Shown here piece by piece: positions 21,789 to 30,934 of a DNA stretch of 64,000 bases; positions within the stretch are counted from its first letter, which is position 1, and each line of letters starts with the position of its first letter. This DNA comes from Verrucomicrobiia bacterium (GTDB lineage: Bacteria > Verrucomicrobiota > Verrucomicrobiia > Limisphaerales > UBA1319). The stretch spans positions 2,304,001 through 2,368,000 of the forward strand of contig OY760937.1 in NCBI GenBank assembly GCA_963664225.1, in the 5' to 3' direction. The notes below the pieces were generated by a model. The model worked only from the letters and a program-made list of their open reading frames with translations, did no database searches and was not told the DNA's origin. The position numbers and the translations under genes are program-made.

Positions 21789-21808
21789 TTGCGCTGAGAA
21801 AGCACTTG

Positions 21809-21838
21809 AAGGCGGACTGGAAACAGTCCGCCTTTTTT
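21809..21838 (+). terminator. Intrinsic terminator after pnp
   Basis: AAGGCGGACTG-GAAA-CAGTCCGCCTT followed by a T run. Confidence 0.85.
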
Positions 21839-21859
21839 ATTGGATTGGGTCGTGGAATG

Positions 21860-23215
21860 TCACTTAGCTGGCGAACTGGATTGGGCCGCTTTGGAAGGAG
21901 GCTCTGAAATGGTCAGGGCCAGCAGTCCCATGGCGAGCAGTGCGCCGCCGAGCATCATGAGCGCCGCCAGGTTGCTACCGGTATGGTCCTTGATGATGCC
22001 GACCAGGTAGGGTCCGGCAAAACCACCGAGGTTTCCGACTGAATTAATAAGGGCGATGCCCCCCGCTGCCGCCGTTCCACTCAGAAAAGTCGTTCCAAGA
22101 GCCCAGAACGGGCCGAGGGTGGATTTTAGTCCGACGAACGCCAGGATGAGTGCCGCCATGGACAGCCAGGGATTGTGCAGCCAGCCGCTGAGGGCAAAAC
22201 CCGCTGCGGAAGTCATTGCGCCCAAAGCCACTGGCCATCGCCGGTGCCCGGTTCGATCGGAGTAGCGCCCCATGGCGAGCATGGCCACGGCAGCGGCGAG
22301 GTAAGGAACGGCGTTGAGAAAACCAACCACAGCGTCGCTGGTACCGGACAACTCTTTGACGATGGTGGGCAGCCACATTTCATAGCCGTAGCCCCCCACG
22401 TTGAGCAGAAAGTAGAGCAGGCAGAACAGCCATACGCGTCCGCTGGTAAAGGCATCGGTAAGGCGATGGCGTTGAGACTGTTCCGAGCTTGCGGCGTCTT
22501 CGGCAATCCGATGCTCAACCCACTGTTTTTCCCTGTCCGTAAGCCACCGGGCCTGACGGGGGCCGTTGGGCAGGTAAATTAAAACGATCACGCCCAAAAG
22601 CACGGCTGGAATCCCCTCGATCACGAACAGCCATTGCCAGCCCGCCATGCCGCCTAATCCGTTCATGCCCAGGATCATTCCGGAGATGGGGGATCCGATA
22701 ATGCCGGCGATCACTCCGCCGGTGGCAAAAAAAGCAACGGTTCGGGCTCGTTCCCGCGCGGGAAACCAGAATGTCAGATAGAGGATCACGCCTGGGAAGA
22801 AGCCCGCTTCCGCAGCGCCAAGCAGGAACCGCGCACAATAAAACGCAGTGGCGCTCTTGATAAAGATCATCCCCATGGAAACAAGCCCCCAGAGGGCCAT
22901 GATGCGGGCGATCCATATCCGCGCACCGACGCGGTGAAGTACTAGATTACTAGGGACTTCGCAAAGGAAGTAGCCGATGAAGAACAGACCGGCTCCAAGG
23001 CCGTAAACGCGGCCAAAAACCGCCGGATCGACGCCCAGAACCTGTTGCAGGTGAAGCTTGGCGAATCCAACGTTAATGCGATCAATATAGGCGATGATAT
23101 AGCAGACGAACAGAAGCGGGAGGAGATGCCAGGTGATTTTGGAAAGAAGGGCGCGCTGTTCATCGGGACTGATCTCATCGCGCCGAATGTCCCCACTATG
23201 CGTTTGTGTCTGCAT
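21860..23215 (-). CDS. MFS transporter (anion:cation symporter family, TtuB/RhmT-like)
   Basis: IAYIDRINVGFA, GAGLFFIGY.LCEVPSN, AEAGFFPG, WQWLFVIEG. Confidence 0.9.
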   Translation of the reverse strand: MQTQTHSGDIRRDEISPDEQRALLSKITWHLLPLLFVCYIIAYIDRINVGFAKLHLQQVLGVDPAVFGRVYGLGAGLFFIGYFLCEVPSNLVLHRVGARIWIARIMALWGLVSMGMIFIKSATAFYCARFLLGAAEAGFFPGVILYLTFWFPARERARTVAFFATGGVIAGIIGSPISGMILGMNGLGGMAGWQWLFVIEGIPAVLLGVIVLIYLPNGPRQARWLTDREKQWVEHRIAEDAASSEQSQRHRLTDAFTSGRVWLFCLLYFLLNVGGYGYEMWLPTIVKELSGTSDAVVGFLNAVPYLAAAVAMLAMGRYSDRTGHRRWPVALGAMTSAAGFALSGWLHNPWLSMAALILAFVGLKSTLGPFWALGTTFLSGTAAAGGIALINSVGNLGGFAGPYLVGIIKDHTGSNLAALMMLGGALLAMGLLALTISEPPSKAAQSSSPAK

Positions 23216-23321
23216 GAATGTCGTGAGCTGAGTTCGATGCAGTCTGACAGGTTCGACCGCCGGGTGCAAGCCCGGGAACCCGAACGCAAAATCGCGCGAT
23301 CCGGTTTGGCGCGAGGGAAGT

Positions 23322-23786
23322 TTAGATCCCTTCGCCGCCGGTGAATTCGGCGGAGAATATCTCTTCTTTTGACACGGGCACGCCCTTGAAAACCTGGCCC
23401 AAGGTGGCCGAATCCATCAGGCGCGTGACGTAGTTGCGGGCGTCATAGAAGACGCGGCGGAAGCGGCAGACCGGCTCCTGGGTGCAACGGGCGTAACCGG
23501 AGACGGATACGCAGTCGATGGGGGCGAGAATGCCGTCGAAGAACCGAACGACTTCGCCCATGGTGATCTGGTCCGGTTTTTTGGCGAGGACGTAGCCGCC
23601 GCGGATGCCGGCCACGCTTTCGACCCAGCCCTTGCTTTTGAGGTCGAGCATGATGTGTTCGAGGAACCGCTTGGGGACGTCGTTGCGGCGGGCCAGTTCA
23701 CGAATGGGGATGGGCGCACGCCCGTGGTATTCCACCAGAGTCATCAAGGCCCGCAAGGCGTAGTCGGTTTTTTTCGAAATTCTCAT
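23322..23786 (-). CDS. Rrf2-family transcriptional regulator
   Basis: KTDYALRAL, G.RGGYVLAK; three Cys (C-x8-C-x5-C) compatible with an Fe-S cluster. Confidence 0.92.
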   Translation of the reverse strand: MRISKKTDYALRALMTLVEYHGRAPIPIRELARRNDVPKRFLEHIMLDLKSKGWVESVAGIRGGYVLAKKPDQITMGEVVRFFDGILAPIDCVSVSGYARCTQEPVCRFRRVFYDARNYVTRLMDSATLGQVFKGVPVSKEEIFSAEFTGGEGI

Positions 23787-23835
23787 ACCACGAATCACGA
23801 TAATACAAGGCGTGTTTAACGCAATGGCGGAAATA

Positions 23836-23868
23836 AAAATGCCGCCGGGTTTTCACCTCGGCGGCATG
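23836..23868 (-). terminator. Terminator hairpin after DUF1080 gene
   Basis: ATGCCGCCG...CGGCGGCAT stem with a T run on the minus strand. Confidence 0.65.
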
Positions 23869-23934
23869 GAAAAACGAGCGTTCAACCGGTTGACCACGGG
23901 TTGACCGTAGTGACCGCAGTTGACCGCAGGGATG

Positions 23935-25266
23935 TCAGAGCGGCTTGATGCGGATGTTGCGGAACATCACCGGGTCGTTGTGGCCGGCGAATCCGAAGAA
24001 TCCCGATTTGCGGTCTTTTCCAGGGTGAGGGCTGTTGGCCATGAACTGGGTGATCTTGCTCACGTCGGCATTGTTGATGGTGGTGCCATTGAGTTCGACC
24101 TTGATGGTGGAGCCTTTGACGGTGACCTGGTAGTAATTCCACTCGCCCACGGGACGGAGGTGTCCGCGAACGGCCGGGGACTGGCCATAGATGGAACCAC
24201 AGTATTGGCGCGGATCCAGATCCTTGTATTGGGCCGAGGTATCGTCGAGGACCTGAATTTCGCACATGCCGGCATAGGCGGTGTCGCCCTGGCCGTTATA
24301 GCGAATGGCCAGGCCGTTGTTGCCGCCCGGGGGCAGTTTGAATTCCAGGCGCACGATGAAGTCGCTGAAATCCTGGTTGTAATAGATGGTGCCGCCTTTG
24401 CCCGCCTTGCATTGGATGGCGCCGGCATTGACCTCATACTCGCTGATGGGACCGGCCCAACCGGTGAAGTCCTTACCGTTGAATATGGGAATGAAGCCGG
24501 GTTCGGCGAGCATTTGATTGGCTTCGACGGTGGGAATCTCGCGGATGAAGAGGTTGCGCCAGCGGATTTCGCCGCCGTGGGTCTGTAATTGGATGAAGCC
24601 GCCGGCCCAGAGTGGCGTGGAGCGGTCCCAGAAATTCTCCATGGTGGCGTGATCGACGACGAGTTTGTCGTTCAGATAAACGGTGGTTTTATCGCCGACC
24701 TGGAGAATGCGCAGATGATTCCATTCGCCGAACGGCTTGTCGGCGAGTACGAGGGGATCCTTGCCCGGCGCGCCGGGGCTGTTGTTCCAGAGACCGCCGG
24801 AGCCCTTGTCCGCGCCGATGTTCCATTTGCCGCCCGCCTCGGTGTAATCCCAGATCTGGACCTGGGGATTGCCGCGCAGATAAACGCCGCTGTCGGCCCC
24901 GGCCACGGTTTTGTAATCGATTAATAACTCGATATCGCCATACGATTTGTCCGTGGTGGCGTAGGGACCTTCGCCATCGTTGATCAGTTCGGCGTTTTCC
25001 ACGCGCCAATGTTTGGTGAACTCAGGCTTGTTGGCCTCAAACTTGGCGGTGCGCTGTTCGGGGGTCATGGCCTCGATCTGCCGGGGATCGAAGTGCTCCA
25101 GACCGCGCCATCCGGTGAGGTCTTTGCCGTTGAATAGTGCGGTGAATCCCGGCGGCGGGGTGACTGTTTGCGCGCTGGCGAGGGAACCGCACAGCAAGGC
25201 TGCGGACATGAAGCCCGCGAATAATGCGGGCCGGAAAAAGGCCCTTTGGAGGTCGTTGGTTTTCAT
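23935..25266 (-). CDS. Tandem DUF1080 (3-keto-disaccharide hydrolase-like) exported protein
   Basis: Two LFNGKD.TGW...GEWN...QTHG/AGH..FRN..I domains and a signal peptide. Confidence 0.88.
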   Translation of the reverse strand: MKTNDLQRAFFRPALFAGFMSAALLCGSLASAQTVTPPPGFTALFNGKDLTGWRGLEHFDPRQIEAMTPEQRTAKFEANKPEFTKHWRVENAELINDGEGPYATTDKSYGDIELLIDYKTVAGADSGVYLRGNPQVQIWDYTEAGGKWNIGADKGSGGLWNNSPGAPGKDPLVLADKPFGEWNHLRILQVGDKTTVYLNDKLVVDHATMENFWDRSTPLWAGGFIQLQTHGGEIRWRNLFIREIPTVEANQMLAEPGFIPIFNGKDFTGWAGPISEYEVNAGAIQCKAGKGGTIYYNQDFSDFIVRLEFKLPPGGNNGLAIRYNGQGDTAYAGMCEIQVLDDTSAQYKDLDPRQYCGSIYGQSPAVRGHLRPVGEWNYYQVTVKGSTIKVELNGTTINNADVSKITQFMANSPHPGKDRKSGFFGFAGHNDPVMFRNIRIKPL

Positions 25267-25334
25267 AATTGTTGAGAGGTTTAATTAGCTCAGATCATGC
25301 ACGGGGTCAACCGAAAGGAATTTGTGTTAAGGAA

Positions 25335-25489
25335 TTAACCACAAAGGCACTGGGAAAGTGACGGGGGTTGGATGAAGAGTGGAAATCTTAACCGGATGGA
25401 ACGGGTGGAATATTTAACCGGAAAGAAAGGGTTTAAAAAATAGCCGCCCGGAGAAAATAACCGCAAATAAAGGGTAGAATATTTAACCG
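25335..25489. repeat. Degenerate TAACC-motif repeat array forming the 3' exon of the intron
   Basis: Five TAACC cores. GGGTGGAATATTTAACCGG (25403-25421) matches GGGTAGAATATTTAACCGG (25472-25490) at 18/19 positions. Confidence 0.7.
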
Positions 25490-27456
25490 GTAGAGTAGAG
25501 AGGAGAGCACGGGATGAAAGGCGCAAAGGCCAATGACCGCCGCTCACCTCTCCCTCGTCAAACCGGACATGCAGATTTCCCACATCCGGCTTTCGCCAGA
25601 GTCGTCTTTTCCAGATTGCATTCACAATGCCTTCAGACCCAGTGTTTCGAGATGGGCATAGAGCGTGACTCCCTGACGGACGCGCCAGCCCCGCTGGCTT
25701 CGTCGTCGCAGGTGTTTGCCCAGCCGCACTCTCACGAAGTGGTTGATCTGGCGAAAGGCCCGTCGGGGTTGTCCGAGGTTGAAGTAGTTGCTCCAACCCC
25801 GCAAATGACGGTTGATCCGCCCGATCAACTCCGGCAGCGGCGTATGACTTTGCCCGGCATTGATCAGCAGTCGCAACGCCTGCCTCTCCCGTTCCATCGC
25901 CTTGCCCGAAGGACACAGGTTGAGGTAGTGAAACGCCCTGCCGAATTGATCCCGGTCATACCGGAAGGTGTAGCCCAGAAAGTCCAGGCTTTGCTCGTTG
26001 ACGTTGACCACCCGGGTTTTGTCCCGGTTGATTTCCAGTGTGAGCCAGCCCTCCAGCTTTTCCTCAATCCATGCTCGCAGCTTGGGACCCATATACCGGG
26101 CCATGACCACAAAGTCGTCCGCATAGCGAACGAGCCGGGCATCCGCCCAGTGCGCCGGTCCATCCGCCCTTTGGAACAGGTGGTCGAACCAGTGCAGGTA
26201 TATGTTGGCCAGTAACGGAGAGAGGACTCCGCCTTGCGGCGTGCCCCGATCCCGGCGGTTGACCCGAGGCGGTTCCTCTCCTTGGGGAGGTTCCACCACG
26301 GGGGCCGCCAGCCATTGCCGGATGAGTCCCAAAACCGCGCCGTCCACCACGCGCATCCGCACGCAAGCCAGAAGCTTGTCGTGAGGGATGCTGTCGAAGT
26401 ATCCGGACAGGTCCGCGTCATACACTGCGTTCTTCCCCTCCTTCAGGTGTTTTTGGAGGGTTTGCAATGCGTCGTGCGCCGACCGTCCGGGCCGAAACCC
26501 GTAGGAACAATCCTCAAAGTCCGCTTCGAAGATGGGCTCCAGAATCAGCAATACCGCCGCTTGCACCACCCGGTCCTTCACCGTCGGGATTCCCAGTGGC
26601 CGCAGTTTTCCGTTTGCCTTCGGTATATAGACCCGCCGCACCGGTTGGGCGCGGTAGGTCTTGTCCCGCAGGCTCTGCCTGATCGTTCCCAGAAACGCCG
26701 CTTCACTTTCAGGTGTCGCGGTGATCTGGTCGATGCTCACTCCGTCCACGCCCGGTGCCCCGCCATTGCGCCGCACCGCAGCCCATGCCGCTTGCAGCAC
26801 CTCCGGCAGGAACACCAGTCCGTAGAGGCTGTAGAAGCGGAATCGCTTCTCTTGTTTGGCTTTCCGGCCCAGCTTCTGTCTCAGTTCCTGAAGTTTGGGC
26901 GGCAGGATCGCTTCCCGAAAGGAAAGTTCCTCCACCGCTTGTTCTGTCGTGGAAGTTTTCACTTCAATCAGCTCCAGTTCCCTCTGACTCGGCTTGACTC
27001 TGGCCAGGGCTCCTTGGCTCCATCCCGGCTTGACCGGGATTTCGCAGCTACTATGAGCCCGTCCGACTCCCTGATCCTGAGCGCCCGCCGGTTATGGCTT
27101 CCCGACGTGCGTTCCCCGGTCTCGGGACCGAGGTTCAGGCAGGGTCTCCCAAGTTCCTGATGGTTGTTTGGGTACGCGCTGTCTCCTCTGACCCCGGGGA
27201 GCTTGAAGGGTGCTTCTGGTCGAATCTTCCCCTCCAATGCTGGCTTCACCTTCTCTGACAGGCTGGCCACTCCCGCTTTAGAGTAACGAGGCTGAATCGA
27301 GTTCGCAGACGCTACGGCTCGCACCTTTGCCTTGCCCAGCTTGAACGCGGCGGGTCGCCCCACCACGCTTTGGACGCGGCTACATGACTCTCGACCTGTT
27401 ATCATGATCAACTCGTTGCATTTGACTACAGCCACCAAACTTTGCTTGGCGCTTTC
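25490..27456 (-). mobile_element. Group II intron (En-minus IEP)
   Basis: Domain V GAAAGCCGGATGTGGGAAATCTGCATGTCCGGTTTGACGAG; domain VI ending CTCTACTCTAC; about 490 nt structured leader before the RT ORF. The 5' boundary is inferred (+/-2 nt) by rejoining the flanks. Confidence 0.9.
25622..26962 (-). CDS. ltrA: Group II intron reverse transcriptase/maturase
   Basis: [53 protein letters not shown], domain X (LRGWSNYF); no HNH domain. Confidence 0.96.
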   Translation of the reverse strand: MKTSTTEQAVEELSFREAILPPKLQELRQKLGRKAKQEKRFRFYSLYGLVFLPEVLQAAWAAVRRNGGAPGVDGVSIDQITATPESEAAFLGTIRQSLRDKTYRAQPVRRVYIPKANGKLRPLGIPTVKDRVVQAAVLLILEPIFEADFEDCSYGFRPGRSAHDALQTLQKHLKEGKNAVYDADLSGYFDSIPHDKLLACVRMRVVDGAVLGLIRQWLAAPVVEPPQGEEPPRVNRRDRGTPQGGVLSPLLANIYLHWFDHLFQRADGPAHWADARLVRYADDFVVMARYMGPKLRAWIEEKLEGWLTLEINRDKTRVVNVNEQSLDFLGYTFRYDRDQFGRAFHYLNLCPSGKAMERERQALRLLINAGQSHTPLPELIGRINRHLRGWSNYFNLGQPRRAFRQINHFVRVRLGKHLRRRSQRGWRVRQGVTLYAHLETLGLKAL

Positions 27457-27530
27457 CAAAGAACTCAAAGATCACATAGAAAGAAGGGAGCGAAGGGAAA
27501 CCAACATGGATGGGAAGGATGGACAGGAAT
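27457..27530. repeat. REP-like repeat half interrupted by the intron (5' exon)
   Basis: Rejoined site reads TTTAACCG|CAAAGAACTCAAAGATCACATAGAAAG, followed by a GGATGGGAAGGATGGACAGGA motif. Confidence 0.55.
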
Positions 27531-27536
27531 TTTCGG

Positions 27537-27980
27537 TCACAATGGCTTGCCGCATTGCTGGCAGAATTTGGAGTCTTCTTCGTTGAGTTTGCCGCAGCTC
27601 GGGCACTTGATCATGATGACTTTTTCGGATTTGCCGCCGAGGCTGATCTGGGCCTCGTCCAGGACGTCTTTGATCATGCCCCCGGCCATGCGGCTGTAGG
27701 GCTCAAGGTCCTCACGCGCCTTGTCGGGGTCCAGAACAATGCCTGAACCGGCCAGGCCGCGCGCGCCAATGCCCCTGATGATTCCGCCGACAATCAAGAG
27801 GCCCATGCCTCCAAAGGCCCGGAACATCATGGATTTTGCGTTGGATTCGAAGTTTGAGAAGTCTCCAAAGTGCAATGCAAAGGAGATAAATACCGAGGCG
27901 AACAGAAGCCCTCCAATGACCATCACGGCTGTGCCGAGGTAGTATGCGGTCTTTCGTTCGTCTGAAATGGGCTGTTTCAT
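27537..27980 (-). CDS. Membrane protein with C-terminal zinc ribbon
   Basis: Two TM segments and CPSCG..N.EDSKFCQQCG. Confidence 0.8.
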   Translation of the reverse strand: MKQPISDERKTAYYLGTAVMVIGGLLFASVFISFALHFGDFSNFESNAKSMMFRAFGGMGLLIVGGIIRGIGARGLAGSGIVLDPDKAREDLEPYSRMAGGMIKDVLDEAQISLGGKSEKVIMIKCPSCGKLNEEDSKFCQQCGKPL

Positions 27981-28262
27981 GTTATGTCCGGTTCGGCTGA
28001 GTATGAAATCATTTCCGCGTCCCAGTATTATACCGGCTTTGACTGGATGCCACTATAATTGCCGGTCGGTTTTGGAGGGAGAGAGGAGGGCTCGGCAGGA
28101 ACGTGGCCCTGACGGCGAAGATGGCTCGGCGGGAGCCTCGCCCTACCAATGATCCTTGCTGGCGTCACAGAGGGTTATGGGGCGCGTTGATCCAAAAATA
28201 TCACTGGACCCGTATGGCATTCGTTTTGCAGATTGGAAATCTGCGGTACGGCAGCAACGGTG

Positions 28263-29201
28263 TCATGGAGCAACACAGAATTTGGGATCTTTTAGGGCAT
28301 GATTCATCAATACGATGAGTTTCCGCATCACTGCTGTCAGCGCCACTTTGGGCTTCTTGCCCGCCGCCCGCAGCCTCTTATAAAAGGCCTTGAGGATGGA
28401 ATTGCAGCGCACCGCTGCCACGGAGGCCATGTAGAGGGCGCGGCGCACCCCGGTCCGGCCGCCACCAATGTGACGCTGGCCTTCCCAAGGGCCGCTCTGG
28501 CGCACCCGCGGGGCCAGCCCCGCCAGGGCTGCCGCCTGGCCCCGGTTGAGGGTTCCCAGTTCGGGCATCTGCGCCACTACCGTCACGGCCGTCAGCATCC
28601 CCACGCCGGGAATTTCCGCCAGGCGGGTGACTTGTTTTTGCTCGACGGCGTGGCGGGCCAGGGCGGCGGTTAATTCGGCCAGCACTGCGGCCAAACGGCT
28701 TTCCAGATGCCGTATCAGCTTGGCGTGTTCGGTGCGGACGAAGGGTGAGTCGTGGTGTTCGGCCTGATTTTTGGCGATGGTCAGGAGATCTTTGAGTTGT
28801 TCGCGCCAGGTCACCAGGGCGGTGAGCTCAGTGTGGGCTGGCGTCGGGGCGGTGGTGGCAGCGGGCTCCAGGGCCTTGCCGAAGGCGCTCAGGCTGGCAG
28901 CATCGATCGGATCGCTCTTGGCCCGCTGGCCGGTGGCGCGGGCGAAGGCACGGGTCTGGGCCGGGTTGACCACGCTGACGGGTAAACCGGCCGTGTGAAG
29001 TGCCGCCACGACGGCACGCTCATAGCCGCCAGTGGCTTCGAGGATCACGTGGGCACCGGGCACAGCACCCAGACATTGGACCAGTTGTGTGTGCCCCGCC
29101 GCATCGTTGGTCACGTCCAGGAGCCGTCCGGGAAGGTGAAGTTGGAGAGTGGCCTTGGCGACGTCCAGACCGACATGGACAGGGGTGGATTTTTCAGTCA
29201 T
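28263..29201 (-). CDS. IS110 DEDD recombinase/transposase
   Basis: GLDVAK, LEATGGY, KSDPIDA (DEDD RuvC-like); C-terminal GLAPRVRQSG catalytic Ser; AVMRKL. Confidence 0.95.
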   Translation of the reverse strand: MTEKSTPVHVGLDVAKATLQLHLPGRLLDVTNDAAGHTQLVQCLGAVPGAHVILEATGGYERAVVAALHTAGLPVSVVNPAQTRAFARATGQRAKSDPIDAASLSAFGKALEPAATTAPTPAHTELTALVTWREQLKDLLTIAKNQAEHHDSPFVRTEHAKLIRHLESRLAAVLAELTAALARHAVEQKQVTRLAEIPGVGMLTAVTVVAQMPELGTLNRGQAAALAGLAPRVRQSGPWEGQRHIGGGRTGVRRALYMASVAAVRCNSILKAFYKRLRAAGKKPKVALTAVMRKLIVLMNHALKDPKFCVAP

Positions 29202-29214
29202 AATATTAAAGTTG

Positions 29215-29440
29215 TTCGGACTCATTCTTGCAAATACGAGCTGGCGTTGTAACACGCCGCTCTGGTAACGGTTCGAGTTTCGGACAAAGGCGAGCGCGAT
29301 TCATGCTGCCGTACGGTCTGGCTTTCACCAGACCAAGATTGGAACGAACACGCGTCCGCCGTCCCTTCCCCGCCTGCAGGCGGGGAAGGGACACCACTTC
29401 TTTCTTGTTCAACGCGAACCAACAAACAAGTGGCAAATTC
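29215..29440 (-). ncRNA. IS110 bridge RNA (approximate ends)
   Basis: 5' stem (perfect 32-bp palindrome 29361-29392); target loop TTCCAATCT / hairpin / GTACGGCAG; donor loop ACCGTTAC / hairpin / TGCAAG, matching the element's own target and donor sites. Confidence 0.82.
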
Positions 29441-29785
29441 AAACATACAAGGTTGGAAACCTGCGCTACGAGTTGCGGTTTGGACGCGCAAGCAGGTGGG
29501 TGGCTGCGTAACAGCAGCAACGGTGACTGTGCTTTGGGTTGCTGAGGGTTCAGAGCGGTAAGCCGGTCTGGAGACCGGCGCTCCACTTGCGGTTTTGCAC
29601 ATTCCTGAAGATTGGATTGCGCGCGTGCATTCCACGGTCTGCAGATTGGAAATCTGCGATACGGCAGACAGGATGTCTGCGCTACGAGTTGCGGTCTGGA
29701 CGCGCAAGCAGGTGGGGCGGGGTTTTCGATGATCGCCGTTTTAGCTGTGAGGCCGGGCGGCGTTGCGTTATAGTGGGTGCTGAGA

Positions 29786-30901
29786 ATGGATAGTATTCAA
29801 TTAGACGCGAAGGTTAAGGAATTCGAAGATCGTGTGAACGGGACGTTGACGCCCGCGAAGGACGGGCCGTTCTGGCGCGAGACCTGGGCACTCGTCAAGG
29901 AAATCGACCGCGAATTCAAGACGGCTGTTTATGCCACGGAGGCGGATAAAAAGGCCGCCCTGTACCGATTCCAAAATATTGTGGATCAGATGCGGATCGA
30001 TCGGAAACGGGAGGATGCAAGGCAGGCGTCCCAGGCCAAGGGATTGACCGTGCTGCGATCCAGGATCATCAATCAGGCGCGGGCGGCGTGGCCGCGGCAG
30101 GACGGGTTCGCGGTCATGGTGAAGGAATTGACGGGTTCCAATCTGGCCGATCTGGCCGAACCGGCGCCTGTAAAAAAGGTTAAAACGCCTCCTTTGATGC
30201 CGGACACCGATCCGCGCGAGCGCGAGAGATACCGGCTGGAGAAATTGTCCGAGCGCATGCAAGTGGCGCGGGATCTTTTCGATGCGCAAAAGGAGGATCT
30301 GGTGCCCAAGGCCCAGACGGATTGCGCCAGGATTCTGGAGGCGGTTGAGGCCGAGTTAAACAAGGCCCTGGAGCTGTGGAAGAAGGAAACCGTGGAGCGC
30401 AAGCAGAAGCGGGGCGCCACTTTCGAGCAACGGAAGCAGGAGAAGCTGCGCCTGATCGCGGAGATGCACAAGCTCATTGCGAGCGCGGGCCAGGCGGGGT
30501 TCAAGGACCGATCCGACGCGCTGATGGCGGAGTGGAAAAAGGTGGGGTCCGCAGGCATGGATTATGAGGACGACCTTTGGGCGAAGTTCAAGAGCGCGAT
30601 CAATTCCTTCTGGGAGGCCAGAAAGGGCAGCCAGACTCAGAAGCTCCAGGCCCGGTTGGACAACCAGGTGGATTTTTTGCAGAAGATGCAGCAATCCGTG
30701 GAGCACGACAAAGGGGTGCTGCGAGAGAAACGCGAAAAGCTGCTGAACGTGTTCGATGGTCCCCGGGCGGAACTGATCCGCAAACAGTTGGGGGCCGTTG
30801 TGGTATCGCTGGAGCAAAAAATCCAGGCCAAGCGGATCAAAGTCAAAGAGCTTCAGTCAGAGATCACGGCGATCCGGCGCAATCTGCGGGATGCGGAATA
30901 G
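29786..30901 (+). CDS. DUF349-like coiled-coil protein
   Basis: LMAEWKKVG...EDDLWAKFKSAINSFWE repeat characteristic of DUF349; helical and charged. Confidence 0.65.
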   Translation: MDSIQLDAKVKEFEDRVNGTLTPAKDGPFWRETWALVKEIDREFKTAVYATEADKKAALYRFQNIVDQMRIDRKREDARQASQAKGLTVLRSRIINQARAAWPRQDGFAVMVKELTGSNLADLAEPAPVKKVKTPPLMPDTDPRERERYRLEKLSERMQVARDLFDAQKEDLVPKAQTDCARILEAVEAELNKALELWKKETVERKQKRGATFEQRKQEKLRLIAEMHKLIASAGQAGFKDRSDALMAEWKKVGSAGMDYEDDLWAKFKSAINSFWEARKGSQTQKLQARLDNQVDFLQKMQQSVEHDKGVLREKREKLLNVFDGPRAELIRKQLGAVVVSLEQKIQAKRIKVKELQSEITAIRRNLRDAE

Positions 30902-30934
30902 AGGCTTGTTGCCACTTGCTGGCGAGGCTTGAAA

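Larger units (their letters stand above)
28253..29451 (-). mobile_element. IS110-family insertion sequence (IS621-like) inserted in a REP at a CT core
   Basis: No TIR or long TSD; CT dinucleotide at both junctions on the minus strand (ttccaac-CT-tgtat ... ccgttg-CT-gccgtac); removal restores a REP. Confidence 0.92.
28090..29720. repeat. Cluster of GTAG-type REP palindromes (one interrupted by IS110)
   Basis: GGCTCGGCGGGAGCCTCGCCCTACC (about 28123-28147); GCAGATTGGAAATCTGC at 28228 and 29641; GCCGGTCTGGAGACCGGC; 40-bp direct repeat 29461-29500 vs 29677-29716 with 1 mismatch. Confidence 0.75.

Noticed and set aside
23880..23932. Short GTTGACC tandem repeats as an operator or iteron set
   Set aside because: Located 3' of a gene just before its terminator; more likely a degenerate intergenic repeat, with no supporting context.
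25335..25489. TAACC array as a CRISPR array
   Set aside because: Repeats are short, degenerate and irregularly spaced; no cas genes.
26968..27468. 166-aa ORF upstream of the RT
   Set aside because: Coincides with intron ribozyme domains I-III; no protein features.
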